This document shows positions 47,134-56,592 of a stretch of DNA of 64,000 bases, in pieces; position 1 is the first letter of the stretch; every line of letters begins with the position of its first letter. Source of the DNA: an uncultured Gemmatimonadales bacterium (GTDB lineage: Bacteria > Gemmatimonadota > Gemmatimonadetes > Gemmatimonadales > GWC2-71-9); the NCBI GenBank assembly GCA_963821525.1, contig CAWGED010000010.1:136425-200424 (forward strand), given 5' to 3'. The notes under the pieces are model-generated. The model was not told the DNA's origin. It did no database searches and saw only the letters and a program-made list of their open reading frames with translations. The translations under genes were made by a program, and so were the position numbers.

Positions 47134-48027
47134 ATGCTCCTGACTCTCCTTCTTCTTGCCGGTGCCCCACTCGCCCCGCCGCCTCGCGCGGCGGGGCCTT
47201 CTCCGCCCGAACCGCATCGCGTCACCATCCTGTACGACGCCTTCGGACCCCGGCGAGATCTCACCCGCGACTGGGGATTCGCCGCGTTGGTCGAATACGG
47301 CGGCAAACGCATTCTCTTCGACACCGGGAATAACGCCGACATCTTCGCCCACAACGTCAAGGCGTTGGGGATCGACCTGAAGCGGCTCGATTTCGTCGTC
47401 GTCTCCCACCGTCACGGAGACCATACTGCCGGGCTCAATTACCTCCTCCGGGTCAATCCGAAGGTCAGGATCTACGCACCGCGAGAAGGATTCGGTGTGT
47501 TCGGTGCTTCCCTGCCCTCCACGTTCTACCGCACCGATTCAACCCTGCCGGATTCGATGCGGTACTTTGCCGGCTCCCCGGAGACTGAACTGAAGTTCGG
47601 GACACCATGGCCCGAGGCACATTTCACCTGGATCGACACGCTGACCGAAGTCGCGCCCGGCATCGCGATCATCTCGACCGTCTCCAAGAATCCCGGCACG
47701 CTCGAGCTGCGTGAGCTGTCGCTGGTCCTGCGAACTCAGCAGGGCCTCGTGTTACTGGTGGGGTGCTCTCATCCCGGGATTGAAACCATCCTCGAAGCGA
47801 CGCGTGGCTGGGGAGACCATGTGCATCTCATCTTCGGCGGACTGCACCTCGTAGTCACGCCGGATTCGGCCATCGCCCGGATCGCGACAGCGTTACATGA
47901 TCAGTGGAAGGTGGATGAGATCGCACCCGGCCACTGCACCGGCGAGCCGGCCTTTGCTGAACTGAAACGCCGTTTCGGAACCCGTTACGTCTATGCGGGA
48001 CTGGGGTCGGTCACCGAGATCGAGTAA
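47134..48027 (+). CDS. MBL-fold metallo-hydrolase
   Basis: ILFDTG, SHRHGDHTAG, GCSHPG, GGLHL, PGHCTG. Confidence 0.9.
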   Translation: MLLTLLLLAGAPLAPPPRAAGPSPPEPHRVTILYDAFGPRRDLTRDWGFAALVEYGGKRILFDTGNNADIFAHNVKALGIDLKRLDFVVVSHRHGDHTAGLNYLLRVNPKVRIYAPREGFGVFGASLPSTFYRTDSTLPDSMRYFAGSPETELKFGTPWPEAHFTWIDTLTEVAPGIAIISTVSKNPGTLELRELSLVLRTQQGLVLLVGCSHPGIETILEATRGWGDHVHLIFGGLHLVVTPDSAIARIATALHDQWKVDEIAPGHCTGEPAFAELKRRFGTRYVYAGLGSVTEIE

Positions 48028-48058
48028 GGCGCTAACCTCTACCCTCCAAGCCCCGTCA

Positions 48059-48469
48059 ATGTCACTCGGCCACTACCTCCCGATCTTCCTCGCGGCTCTC
48101 GCCGCATTCCTGATCGGTGCTGTCTGGTATTCTCCCCTGCTCTTCGCCAAGGCCTGGGTCCGGGTTCACGGCTACACTCAGGAAGCGCTTGTCGCGATGC
48201 GGGCGAAGGCGCCAAAGACCTACACCGCATCGTTCGTCGCCTTCCTGGTGATGGCGGCCGTGCTCCACATCATCCTGGCCCACCTCGGCGTCGAGTCTGC
48301 GTCCGCAGGCGCCTCCTGGGGCTTCCACCTCTGGCTGGGCATTGCCGCACCCATAGGCTTCACCGCGAATCTCTATTCCGACAAACCGATCGCCGCTTTC
48401 CTGATCGACACCGGGTATCAGCTTGCCTACCTCCTTGCGATGGGCGCCATCCTCGGGGCCTGGCACTGA
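48059..48469 (+). CDS. DUF1761 family membrane protein
   Basis: FLIGAVWYSPLLFAKAW...LIDTGYQL. Confidence 0.85.
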   Translation: MSLGHYLPIFLAALAAFLIGAVWYSPLLFAKAWVRVHGYTQEALVAMRAKAPKTYTASFVAFLVMAAVLHIILAHLGVESASAGASWGFHLWLGIAAPIGFTANLYSDKPIAAFLIDTGYQLAYLLAMGAILGAWH

Positions 48470-48590
48470 CCGCCCTACCGCCTTGTCCGCCGGTCCGCCG
48501 GTTCACCTTGTCCGCCCCGTCCGTCCTGTCCGCCCTGACCGCCATACCGCCTTCCCGCCATCCCGCCATCCCGCTATTCCCCCCGTTGAA
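48468..48590. repeat. long C-rich 8/9-mer arm (TCCGCC core)
   Basis: ACCGCCCT ACCGCCTTG TCCGCCGG TCCGCCGG ... CCCGCCAT CCCGCCAT CCCGCTAT. Confidence 0.8.
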
Positions 48591-48641
48591 AACCACCCGA
48601 CCGCCCGCGACGTTTAATAGTGTCTCCAACCTGGACCTCAG

Positions 48642-49316
48642 GTGTTCAAAACTGTTGCAGCACGATGGTTAGCCCTCGCCGGCTCGTCTTCACTGGCTCT
48701 CGCCCTGTTAGGCCTTGGGAAGCCTCGGATTGAGACCGCCGATCCTTCCGCCACCACCACCCCCGCCGTCACACCGGCCAGTCAGGACACCGCCGTCTTT
48801 GCCGGCGGCTGCTTCTGGGGAATCGAAGGGGTGTTCGAGCACGTGAAAGGCGTGAAATCCGCCGTGTCAGGGTATTCCGGTGGATCCACCAAGTCGCCGA
48901 CCTATGAGGAGGTCAGCGACGGGAACACCGGTCACGCCGAATCGGTGGAAGTGATCTACGATCCGTCGAAGGTCACTTACGAGCAGCTGCTCGAGGTCTT
49001 CTTCGCGGTACACGATCCGACCCTGCTTAACCGCCAGGGACCGGACGTCGGCACCCAGTATCGCTCGGCGGTTTTCTACCGTAACGCGGATCAGAAGCAG
49101 GCCGCCGAGGCCTACGTGGCCGAACTGGCCGGCAAGAAAGTGTATTCCCGGCCCATCGTGACGGCGATCGAGGCGTTCAAGGCCTTCTATCCCGCCGAGG
49201 ATTACCATCAGGGGTACATGGCGAAGCACCCCGATCAGCCCTACATCGCCTACAACGACGCACCAAAGGTGGAGCAGCTGAAGCAGCAATTCCCAGCGCT
49301 CTATCGGAATCCGTAA
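48642..49316 (+). CDS. msrA: peptide-methionine (S)-S-oxide reductase with signal peptide
   Basis: GGCFWG, GHAESV, NRQGPDVGTQYRS, AEDYHQ. Confidence 0.95.
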   Translation: MFKTVAARWLALAGSSSLALALLGLGKPRIETADPSATTTPAVTPASQDTAVFAGGCFWGIEGVFEHVKGVKSAVSGYSGGSTKSPTYEEVSDGNTGHAESVEVIYDPSKVTYEQLLEVFFAVHDPTLLNRQGPDVGTQYRSAVFYRNADQKQAAEAYVAELAGKKVYSRPIVTAIEAFKAFYPAEDYHQGYMAKHPDQPYIAYNDAPKVEQLKQQFPALYRNP

Positions 49317-49335
49317 CGGCGGTCGGGGGATTCAA

Positions 49336-51075
49336 ATGCTGCTCTATCTGCTGGCGTTCGTGGGTGGGGTGCTGACCATCGTCAGCCCCTGCATCCTGCC
49401 GGTTCTACCCTTCGTCTTCTCCCGGGCCGATCAGCCCTTCCGGCGGAGCGGGTTACCGCTACTCCTCGGAATGGGCGGAACCTTCGCGCTGGTCGCCGGC
49501 CTTGCAACCTATGCCGGCGGGTGGGTCGTGCAGGCCAACCAGGTCGGACGAATTGTGGCCCTCGTCGTCTTCGCGCTGCTCGGCCTGGCACTGCTCTTTC
49601 CTTCGCTGTCGCTCTTCCTGACTCAGCCGCTCGCCCGGCTCGGCGCCCGCATTCAAGGGCCCGGCGTCGAGACTGAGCCTCCGGGTATCGGCCGCTCACT
49701 CCTGCTGGGTGCTTCCACCGGCCTGCTCTGGGCTCCCTGTGCCGGACCGATCCTCGGATTGATCCTGACCGGCGCTGCCGTGCAGGGCCCGAACGCTCGC
49801 ACCACCGGATTACTGGTCGCCTTCTCGGCCGGAGCCGCGCTATCGCTTGCATTAGCCCTGTTGGCCGGTGGCAAAGTCTTCGCGCTGATGAAGAAATCGC
49901 TTAGGGCCGAGCAATGGATCCGGAGCGGATTGGGAGTGGCGGTGTTGATCGGTGTCGTCGCGATCGCCGCGGGCTGGGACACCGGAATTCTTCGGCGGCT
50001 CTCGCTGGCGAGCACCTCGGGGATCGAACAGGGTTTGGTTGATCGGCTGCGGCCGGTCACCGAGGCTGAGGGTGCTGCACTTCCGGCAGCCCCTCAAATG
50101 ATTGCCCTTGCCACCGAAGGGTCGCTGCCGAGTCTCGATGGCGCGGTCGCCTGGCTCAATTCGCCGCCGCTAACCAGCGCTCAGCTCAAGGGGAAGGTCG
50201 TCCTCATCGACTTCTGGACCTACTCCTGCATTAACTGTCTCAGGACCATTCCCTACGTCGTGGCGTGGGCCGAGAAATACCGTGCCGACGGGCTGGTCGT
50301 GATCGGAGTCCATACTCCCGAGTTCGCCTTCGAGAAAGACACCGGCAATGTCTCCAAGGCGCTTCGTGAGCTGAAGATCACCTACCCAGTCGCGATAGAT
50401 AACAAGTACACGATCTGGAATGCGTTCCACAATCAGTACTGGCCGGCGCACTACTTCATCGATGCCAAGGGAAACATCCGGTATCACCATTTCGGCGAGG
50501 GCAATTACGCCGAGTCCGAGCAAGTGATCCAGCAATTGCTACGCGAGCGCGACTCGGCGATGACAGTAACCGGCTTGGTTGATCCGAAGGCGTCTGGCGC
50601 TCAAGCCGCGGCGGATTTCGGGAACGTCCTGTCTCCCGAGACCTATCTTGGCTATTCCCGGCAGAAGAACTACGTCTCGCCCGAGGCGATCCTGCAGGAC
50701 AAGCCTCAGTCCTACACCGCCCCGGCACGGCTCACGGTAAATCAGTGGGCCCTAGGCGGAGAGTGGAACGTGAGCCGCGAGCATGCGGCGCTGGTCGCCG
50801 CACCGGGCACCGTTGTCTTCCGCTTCCACGCCCGGGATCTCCACCTGGTCCTTGGCCCTGCGCCCGACGGCAAGCCGGTGCGGTTCAGAGTTCGGCTCGA
50901 TGGCGCTGCTCCGGGTGACGAACACGGAATGGACACCGACCCTCAGGGCGACGGCACCGTGACCGAGTACCGCCTCTATCAATTGATCCGGCAGCCGGGT
51001 AAGGTGGAGGACCGGACCTTCGAGATCGAATTCCTCGATCCGGGGATTCAGGCGTTCGCGTTTACGTTCGGATGA
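49336..51075 (+). CDS. dipZ: cytochrome c biogenesis protein DipZ (CcdA + thioredoxin + C-terminal domain)
   Basis: SPCILPVLP, APCAGPIL, DFWTYSCINC, GVHTPEF, AFTFG. Confidence 0.92.
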   Translation: MLLYLLAFVGGVLTIVSPCILPVLPFVFSRADQPFRRSGLPLLLGMGGTFALVAGLATYAGGWVVQANQVGRIVALVVFALLGLALLFPSLSLFLTQPLARLGARIQGPGVETEPPGIGRSLLLGASTGLLWAPCAGPILGLILTGAAVQGPNARTTGLLVAFSAGAALSLALALLAGGKVFALMKKSLRAEQWIRSGLGVAVLIGVVAIAAGWDTGILRRLSLASTSGIEQGLVDRLRPVTEAEGAALPAAPQMIALATEGSLPSLDGAVAWLNSPPLTSAQLKGKVVLIDFWTYSCINCLRTIPYVVAWAEKYRADGLVVIGVHTPEFAFEKDTGNVSKALRELKITYPVAIDNKYTIWNAFHNQYWPAHYFIDAKGNIRYHHFGEGNYAESEQVIQQLLRERDSAMTVTGLVDPKASGAQAAADFGNVLSPETYLGYSRQKNYVSPEAILQDKPQSYTAPARLTVNQWALGGEWNVSREHAALVAAPGTVVFRFHARDLHLVLGPAPDGKPVRFRVRLDGAAPGDEHGMDTDPQGDGTVTEYRLYQLIRQPGKVEDRTFEIEFLDPGIQAFAFTFG

Positions 51076-51095
51076 TTTCGCGGCGGGAGGAGCCG

Positions 51096-51689
51096 ATGCA
51101 AAAGGCGGGCAATGACGACGCCGTCATGGGACGGCGGTCGTTCCTGGTGCAGGCCGGAGTAGCGATGTTCGCCATGGCATGTCGGGCGGTCGAGAAGCGG
51201 GTCCCGATTGCCGCCGCGGCGTCGCTAGGCGAGGACCCGACCGTGACCATCGTCGAGTTCAGCAACGACGGCAAGCGACTCCGGACCGTGTCGGTGCCTC
51301 GCGTCGTAAAGTCGGAGGAGGAGTGGAAGAAGCAGCTCTCGCCGGCCTCCTTCGAGGTAACCCGTCATGCCGGGACGGAGACGGCTTTCACCGGTGCCCT
51401 GCTCGAGGAGCATGACAAAGGCGTCTTCCGTTGCATCTGTTGCGATACCGCCTTGTACGACTCCAGCACCAAGTTCGAATCCGGCACCGGGTGGCCCAGC
51501 TTCTGGGCTCCGATCGCAAAGGAGAACATCGTCGAATCCAGCGACGACAGTCTCGGGATGGTCCGCACCGAGGTTTCCTGCCGTCGCTGCGACGCTCACC
51601 TGGGACACGTGTTCGATGACGGGCCGAAACCGACCGGACTGCGCTATTGCATGAACTCGGTCGCGTTACGATTCGCCAAGTCCTCCTAG
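51096..51689 (+). CDS. msrB: peptide-methionine (R)-S-oxide reductase with Tat signal
   Basis: RRSFL; CICC, SGTGWPSF, CRRCDAHLGHVFDDGP, RYCMNS. Confidence 0.95.
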   Translation: MQKAGNDDAVMGRRSFLVQAGVAMFAMACRAVEKRVPIAAAASLGEDPTVTIVEFSNDGKRLRTVSVPRVVKSEEEWKKQLSPASFEVTRHAGTETAFTGALLEEHDKGVFRCICCDTALYDSSTKFESGTGWPSFWAPIAKENIVESSDDSLGMVRTEVSCRRCDAHLGHVFDDGPKPTGLRYCMNSVALRFAKSS

Positions 51690-51698
51690 AGCTGTCGG

Positions 51699-52199
51699 TC
51701 AGTCAAGCCGCTTTCCGGTCTCCAGCAGCGTCTTGAGGTCGCTGAGGACCCAGGCCCAGCCTCCGCCGGCACCCTGCTTCTCCAGGCTGCCGCCAACGAT
51801 GAGGGCGAGCTTGGGAGCCCCTTCCAGTTCGTGAGTAACCGTCAGCTTGGTTACTCCGCCCTGCGTCGGTTCGAGTTCCCAGGTGAGGCGGGTAAATCCC
51901 TCTGCTGCCATCTCCGGGTCCATCAGCATTCGCCAGCTCAGCACCAGCTTGCGTGGCGGGTCGGCCTCGATGACTTCGCCATCCACCGCGACCTCGGGTG
52001 AGCCCCCTGCGCGCATCTCCGCACTCGCGAGGTGGCGGTACTTCCCGTGGGCTCGCAGGTCGAATTCGGCTCGCCCGCCATAGCCGTACCGCGCAGTCCA
52101 CTCGGGCCGGGTGATTGCATCCCAGATCGCCTGGGGGGTCGCCTTGATGTACACCCGGTACACCTGGGTGGTGACCCTGGTCTCCGTCATCGCGGTCAT
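51699..52199 (-). CDS. SRPBCC family protein
   Basis: YRVYIKATPQAIWDAIT...GEVIEADPPRKL...GGWAWVLSDLKTLLETG. Confidence 0.9.
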   Translation of the reverse strand: MTAMTETRVTTQVYRVYIKATPQAIWDAITRPEWTARYGYGGRAEFDLRAHGKYRHLASAEMRAGGSPEVAVDGEVIEADPPRKLVLSWRMLMDPEMAAEGFTRLTWELEPTQGGVTKLTVTHELEGAPKLALIVGGSLEKQGAGGGWAWVLSDLKTLLETGKRLD

Positions 52200-52516
52200 G
52201 CCGTGTCCTCCAACTCATGCTTGAGGTCTGCGAGCGCCGAGATCCGGCGCTCGGTGAACTTGTCGATCCACCGGTCGTGGATCAGCCGGATCGGAACCGG
52301 GTTGAGGAAGTGCAGCTTTTCCCGGCCCGAGCGGCGGGTGACCACGAGTCCGGCTTCTTCAAGCACACGCAGGTGCTTCATCACCCCGAAGCGGGTCATC
52401 TCCAGTACCGACTCGAGCTCCGTCAGCGTGCGGCCGTCACGCTTGTAGAGCCGGTCGAGGAGAAATCGCCGGGTTGGATCGGCCAGCGCCTTGAACACCA
52501 GGTCATCGTCAGTCAC
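52196..52516 (-). CDS. ArsR/SmtB family transcriptional regulator
   Basis: VFKALADPTRRFLLD...MKHLRVLEEAGLV; GTG start 52516 preferred. Confidence 0.9.
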   Translation of the reverse strand: MTDDDLVFKALADPTRRFLLDRLYKRDGRTLTELESVLEMTRFGVMKHLRVLEEAGLVVTRRSGREKLHFLNPVPIRLIHDRWIDKFTERRISALADLKHELEDTA

Positions 52517-52522
52517 GGACGG

Positions 52523-52552
52523 ATAATATGTGACCAAATAGTCACCTGTCAA
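52523..52552 (-). promoter_or_regulatory. sigma70-type promoter with GTGAC-N6-GTCAC operator (leaderless arsR)
   Basis: TTGACA-18-TATTAT, 6 nt, GTG; palindrome 52530-52545. Confidence 0.65.
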
Positions 52553-52599
52553 GTGGGCGACTACGTGAAGCTATGCATGCCACCCAGAGTCTCAACTGG

Positions 52600-52791
52600 A
52601 AACGCAGAGGCGCAGAGGGCACAAAGAGCGTCGTCGCGCTCGCCCCGCGCTCAGTGAAATGCAGATCAGATTTTTTGCGGTTACTGAAAGGAGAGAACGT
52701 GGTACAACCTAAAGCCTGACTTGAACTCCTCTGCGTTCTCCGCGCCTCTGCGTTTGTAATTCCCGTTCCCCGTTCCCTGTTCCCGTTCCCG
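52600..52791. repeat. inverted CGCAGAGG 8/9-mer element plus TTCCCG arm
   Basis: AAACGCAGAGGCGCAGAG (52600-) complements CTCCGCGCCTCTGCGTTT (-52755); then TTCCCGTTCCCCGTTCCCTGTTCCCG. Confidence 0.85.
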
Positions 52792-52803
52792 CCTCTCAAT
52801 GAT

Positions 52804-53439
52804 TCACGCCTGTGCCGGCTCCGCGATCAACTGGTCACTCAGCTCCGCGATAGTGGAGAACATGTCGCGCGCAGCGGCAACCATCCGGTCAGCCTGGGAC
52901 GCGTCGAATCCCGCCGCGTTCATCCGCTCCCGGTAGGCTCCCCAGACCCGACGCTGTTCCTCGCCGTAAGGGTCGAGATAGGTCGTCGCGGGGATCTTTA
53001 ATGCAGGCGTAAGAACCCGGGCGATGAACCGGTTGCCGTTCATGCTCCCTTCAAGCACGTAGTTGTACCCGAGGAGGCTGAGCGGGTCCTGCTCAGCGGT
53101 GTTCCGGATCGCCGACAATCCGAGTTCGGTCGCCGGGAGTGGATCTAGCTCATCAGGATCGCCAGCCAGCGCGATCAGGTCGCCGCGGAGATTTGCGACA
53201 TGACGGCCTTCGTCTCGAACTACATCCGCCAGGGCGGGCGAAGAAACCCGGCGCGCCATGATCCCGCTCCAGAGCGCCGAGTGAAGGAGGAGCATCTGGC
53301 CGAGCCAGCTGCGATAGGTGTCCACCGGGAGTCGCCCGCTGACCATCTCCTTCTGGAGCCTCCGGCGTTCCGCGTCGCGGTGCTGTTCGGCAGTGGCCTC
53401 CTTCAGGAGATCCATGATTCCGCTGCTCTGATAGGTCAT
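52804..53439 (-). CDS. biliverdin-producing heme oxygenase family protein
   Basis: LKEATAEQHRDAE proximal His; YVLEGSMNGNRFIA distal motif. Confidence 0.88.
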   Translation of the reverse strand: MTYQSSGIMDLLKEATAEQHRDAERRRLQKEMVSGRLPVDTYRSWLGQMLLLHSALWSGIMARRVSSPALADVVRDEGRHVANLRGDLIALAGDPDELDPLPATELGLSAIRNTAEQDPLSLLGYNYVLEGSMNGNRFIARVLTPALKIPATTYLDPYGEEQRRVWGAYRERMNAAGFDASQADRMVAAARDMFSTIAELSDQLIAEPAQA

Positions 53440-53475
53440 GTCGAGGATCCTATTCGACGTTGAGGAGCCAACCTG

Positions 53476-53631
53476 CTAGAGCGCCCACCATGCGAGCGCC
53501 AGCCAGGCTAAACCCTTGATGAGGAAAAACAGCGAGCTTAACTGAAAAACCCGCTTGAAAATCAGCCGCGATCGCCGGTTGACACGTACGTCGGCCGGGT
53601 CCGGCGCGCTGGAAGCGGCGGAGTTTGCCAT
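53476..53631 (-). CDS. small single-TM protein (51 aa)
   Basis: C-terminal LFFLIKGLAWL helix; lies between the Fur-like box and the heme oxygenase. Confidence 0.55.
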   Translation of the reverse strand: MANSAASSAPDPADVRVNRRSRLIFKRVFQLSSLFFLIKGLAWLALAWWAL

Positions 53632-53642
53632 GGGCACTCTAC

Positions 53643-53657
53643 TGAGAACAGTTCTCA
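53643..53657. promoter_or_regulatory. Fur-like 7-1-7 operator
   Basis: Perfect TGAGAAC-A-GTTCTCA upstream of a heme oxygenase operon. Confidence 0.6.
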
Positions 53658-53797
53658 AGTGATTTGCAATCGGAGGATATCCACCGCTCTCCACCGGCGC
53701 AAGGGTTCGCAAAACAGAATGCCCCGCGCTGCAGCGCATTGACCGACGTCGAGATGAGTCCTACTCTCTCCCCGCACCCCGAACGAGAGATGTCATC

Positions 53798-54238
53798 ATG
53801 ATCATCGGTGGACACTCCATCATCTACAGCACCCAGCCGGATGCAGACCGCGCCTTTCTGCGCGACATACTTCGGCTCAGCAACGTCGATGTGGGCGGTG
53901 GCTGGCTGATCTTCGGATTGCCGCCGGCCGAACTGGCCGTGCACCCTTCCGAGAAGAACGACGTACACGAGTTCTACTTCATGTGCGACGACGTCGAGGG
54001 ATTCGTCGCCGAGATGAGAGCTGTGGGTATTTCGTGCGATCCGGTGCAGGACCAGGGATACGGACTGGTGACTCAAGTCACCCTGCCAGGTGGCGGAAGG
54101 CTCGGCGTCTACCAACCACGTCACGCCCGTCCCAAAACGATGCCTCTCGCTCGGAAAAAGGCTATCAGCCGCGCGAAAAAGCCACTCAAGAAGAAGTCCG
54201 CGAAGAAGGCGGCGAAGGGATCGAAGTCAAGGAAGTAA
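53798..54238 (+). CDS. VOC family protein with Lys-rich tail
   Basis: GGHSIIYS...DRAFLRD.L...GGGWLIF.LPPAELAVHP...LPGGG.LG.YQPRH. Confidence 0.85.
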   Translation: MIIGGHSIIYSTQPDADRAFLRDILRLSNVDVGGGWLIFGLPPAELAVHPSEKNDVHEFYFMCDDVEGFVAEMRAVGISCDPVQDQGYGLVTQVTLPGGGRLGVYQPRHARPKTMPLARKKAISRAKKPLKKKSAKKAAKGSKSRK

Positions 54239-54376
54239 CATTGAGGCGCTTTGTAACGGCATCGTTACATAGCGAGTCTGGATGCTCGCCTTGGCGCTCA
54301 TATCTTCAACTCCCCTCCGTGCGGGTCCAGACCGCGCGGCCAGCCTGCAACCTCTGCCCTTCCTGGAGGCACCTCT

Positions 54377-54658
54377 ATGCTCAGGGAAGCTCAGGTAAAT
54401 TCGGCCTTCGCGGATCTGTATCCTTCGCTCGATCCCGGCCGCTGGTACACCGCCGCTGCAATCGCTGGCTACGTCAAGGGTACCCGGATCATTCAGGAGG
54501 GGCCCGACACACGGTTTCCCGACCGGATCCTGCCTGGCAACCATTTCCGTTTCCGCGGCGGGACTCCGCGTCGTGGCAGTTCCCTCGGCTTGCGGAGTCG
54601 CCGGATTGATCGGTACCGCCCCGCCCGCACCCATCTTCGAATCGATCGCGCCAGCTGA
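54377..54658 (+). CDS. hypothetical protein
   Basis: 93-aa ORF with GGAGG RBS. Confidence 0.6.
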   Translation: MLREAQVNSAFADLYPSLDPGRWYTAAAIAGYVKGTRIIQEGPDTRFPDRILPGNHFRFRGGTPRRGSSLGLRSRRIDRYRPARTHLRIDRAS

Positions 54659-54798
54659 CTCCAGGGGGCCTTGTCATGCCCCCCGATGAATTCCTCTTCG
54701 TCTTCGCGACCATTACAGCTGACTCGCAATCGCTGATCACCGTTACATACCGGTGACACGGTGGTTTTAGGCTGTGTGGATCCAACAGGCGAGGATGT

Positions 54799-55056
54799 AT
54801 GGCGGAAGAAGCAGAACCAGTCCGGCTGGTGCTCACCCCCGAACAGCGCGAGATTGTCCGCCGGCTTTCCGGTCAACACGTCGAAGCGATCGAACTCGAG
54901 CCGGAAACTCCCGCGAAGGATGAAGCGCCAACGAACGAGCCGCCAACGAAAGGCGTACTGCGCTTTCTCTGGCGGCTCTCCGCGGCTACCGGAATTCCGC
55001 GACAGGCCTGGCTCCCCGATGAAGAAGATCAGAAAGCCAAGCCCGATGGGTCCTAG
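54799..55056 (+). CDS. hypothetical protein
   Basis: 85-aa ORF with GAGGA RBS. Confidence 0.6.
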   Translation: MAEEAEPVRLVLTPEQREIVRRLSGQHVEAIELEPETPAKDEAPTNEPPTKGVLRFLWRLSAATGIPRQAWLPDEEDQKAKPDGS

Positions 55057-55829
55057 GCCACCGGCATCATCGCGTACTTGATGACGTAGAAGTTCACGCC
55101 CTGCGGTGAGGTGACGCCGGCCATCCGGCCGATCTCCGGGATATCCATCAGCGGCATGCAGATCTTCCCGCCGAGCTTCGTGGCGTTCTCCGCGACCTGA
55201 TCCGCGTCGTCGACGGTGAAATACACCCCCCAGTGGGGCGGCGCTTTCATGTCCTCAGGGATCTGCATCAGGCCCGCCACGGGAGTGTTACCAAGTTTGA
55301 ACGTGGTGTAGGTGAACCCGGGCATCGGCTTCTCTTCGATGGTCCACCCGAACAGGCTGGTATAGAACTCCCTGGCTCGAGGCACATCGCTGGTCAGGGT
55401 CTCGAACCAGCTCGGAGCCCCGTGCAAGGTGCCGTCCACGTCTGTGCCCGGACTCTTGTTCCCCTGCCAAAGGTCGAACTGGGCGCCATTGGGATCGTGG
55501 CAGACGGCCATGCGGCCGTTGTCCGCAATATCAAACGCCGGCTCCGCCTTACCGCCGAGCGATCTTATCTTCTCGACGGTCGCGTCGACGTTCTCGACTT
55601 TCACCATGACGCCGATGAGGGGCGGGGTGCCCTTAGGCGTTTGGGGACTGTTGAGGTCGAACAGTCCGCCGATATCGCTCCCTCCCACCTTGATCAGGTA
55701 ACCCATCCCCGGAATCTCGGCATAACTCCAGCCCAGCAACTTCTCGAAGAAGGCGCACGCCTCCGTCGGCTGCGGGGTCAGCATGTTGATCCAACAGAAC
55801 TCGCCGGGGTTGCGAATGCGTGTCGTCAT
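55053..55829 (-). CDS. two-domain VOC family protein
   Basis: Tandem PGEFCW...FFEKLLGW...GRMAV.HDPNGA and GAPSWFE...FYTSLFGW...GRMA...PQG. Confidence 0.9.
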   Translation of the reverse strand: MTTRIRNPGEFCWINMLTPQPTEACAFFEKLLGWSYAEIPGMGYLIKVGGSDIGGLFDLNSPQTPKGTPPLIGVMVKVENVDATVEKIRSLGGKAEPAFDIADNGRMAVCHDPNGAQFDLWQGNKSPGTDVDGTLHGAPSWFETLTSDVPRAREFYTSLFGWTIEEKPMPGFTYTTFKLGNTPVAGLMQIPEDMKAPPHWGVYFTVDDADQVAENATKLGGKICMPLMDIPEIGRMAGVTSPQGVNFYVIKYAMMPVA

Positions 55830-55869
55830 CGGAACACCCTCTGTTTCAATTCGTTGATTGGGATTGGCC

Positions 55870-56592
55870 TCATCGGCCCTTGGCGGTACGGCCGGCCTTC
55901 GCTGCAAGTTTCCGCCGGACAATGGGACCGGTAAGCTCGCGCAGCGCTTCCTTTCCGGTCGATCTCGCCGCCGGTTCTTCGGATTCTGCCAGCCTCCGGG
56001 AGACTTTGATGGCGGCAGTGTTCAGCACCTGGTTACGCCGTCCCAGGACCCGGAGGCCCCAGCTTACGCCTTTCTTGACGAAGTTGCGGTCGTCGGTGGC
56101 GGCGCGTTCGATCAGCTTCAGGGAACGCAGGAAGGGCTCGTCTCCCGCTCGCTTGTCATGCAAGGCCAGACTCGCGATGAGCGCGAAGGCCGCTCGCTTG
56201 ACGAACTCTTCACGGCGCTTGCTCCACTGCTCCACCTTGCGCCAGGCATGCGGGGTCTTGTCGAAGAGGACGAAGCAGACCGTGTCGCAGATGCCCCAGT
56301 TGTCAAAGTCCCGGACCCAGCGATCCATTTGTACAGACGTGACCCGCGCCGGATCATCCACATACGACGACAGCATCCGGGCCTCGTACCAACCGGTCTT
56401 CCAGAGCGCCTCGGCCAGATCATGGTCCTTGCCGAGGCGCTTGGCCAGCTGCTGGATCATTCCCACTTTCACGCCATACGACATGGGTGCGGTGATCCCG
56501 TAGCGAGTGAGCATCGCCTCGCGATACGCCTTGCTGCCATGGCGTTCCAGCCACTCGAGGGAGTCCCGCACCCGTCCTGCGGTCTCGTTCAC
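55870..56592 (-). CDS. DNA alkylation repair protein (AlkD-like HEAT repeat)
   Basis: LAEALW.TGWYEARML, DFDNWGICDT, DDRNFVKKGVSWGLR. Confidence 0.88.
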   Translation of the reverse strand: MNETAGRVRDSLEWLERHGSKAYREAMLTRYGITAPMSYGVKVGMIQQLAKRLGKDHDLAEALWKTGWYEARMLSSYVDDPARVTSVQMDRWVRDFDNWGICDTVCFVLFDKTPHAWRKVEQWSKRREEFVKRAAFALIASLALHDKRAGDEPFLRSLKLIERAATDDRNFVKKGVSWGLRVLGRRNQVLNTAAIKVSRRLAESEEPAARSTGKEALRELTGPIVRRKLAAKAGRTAKGR

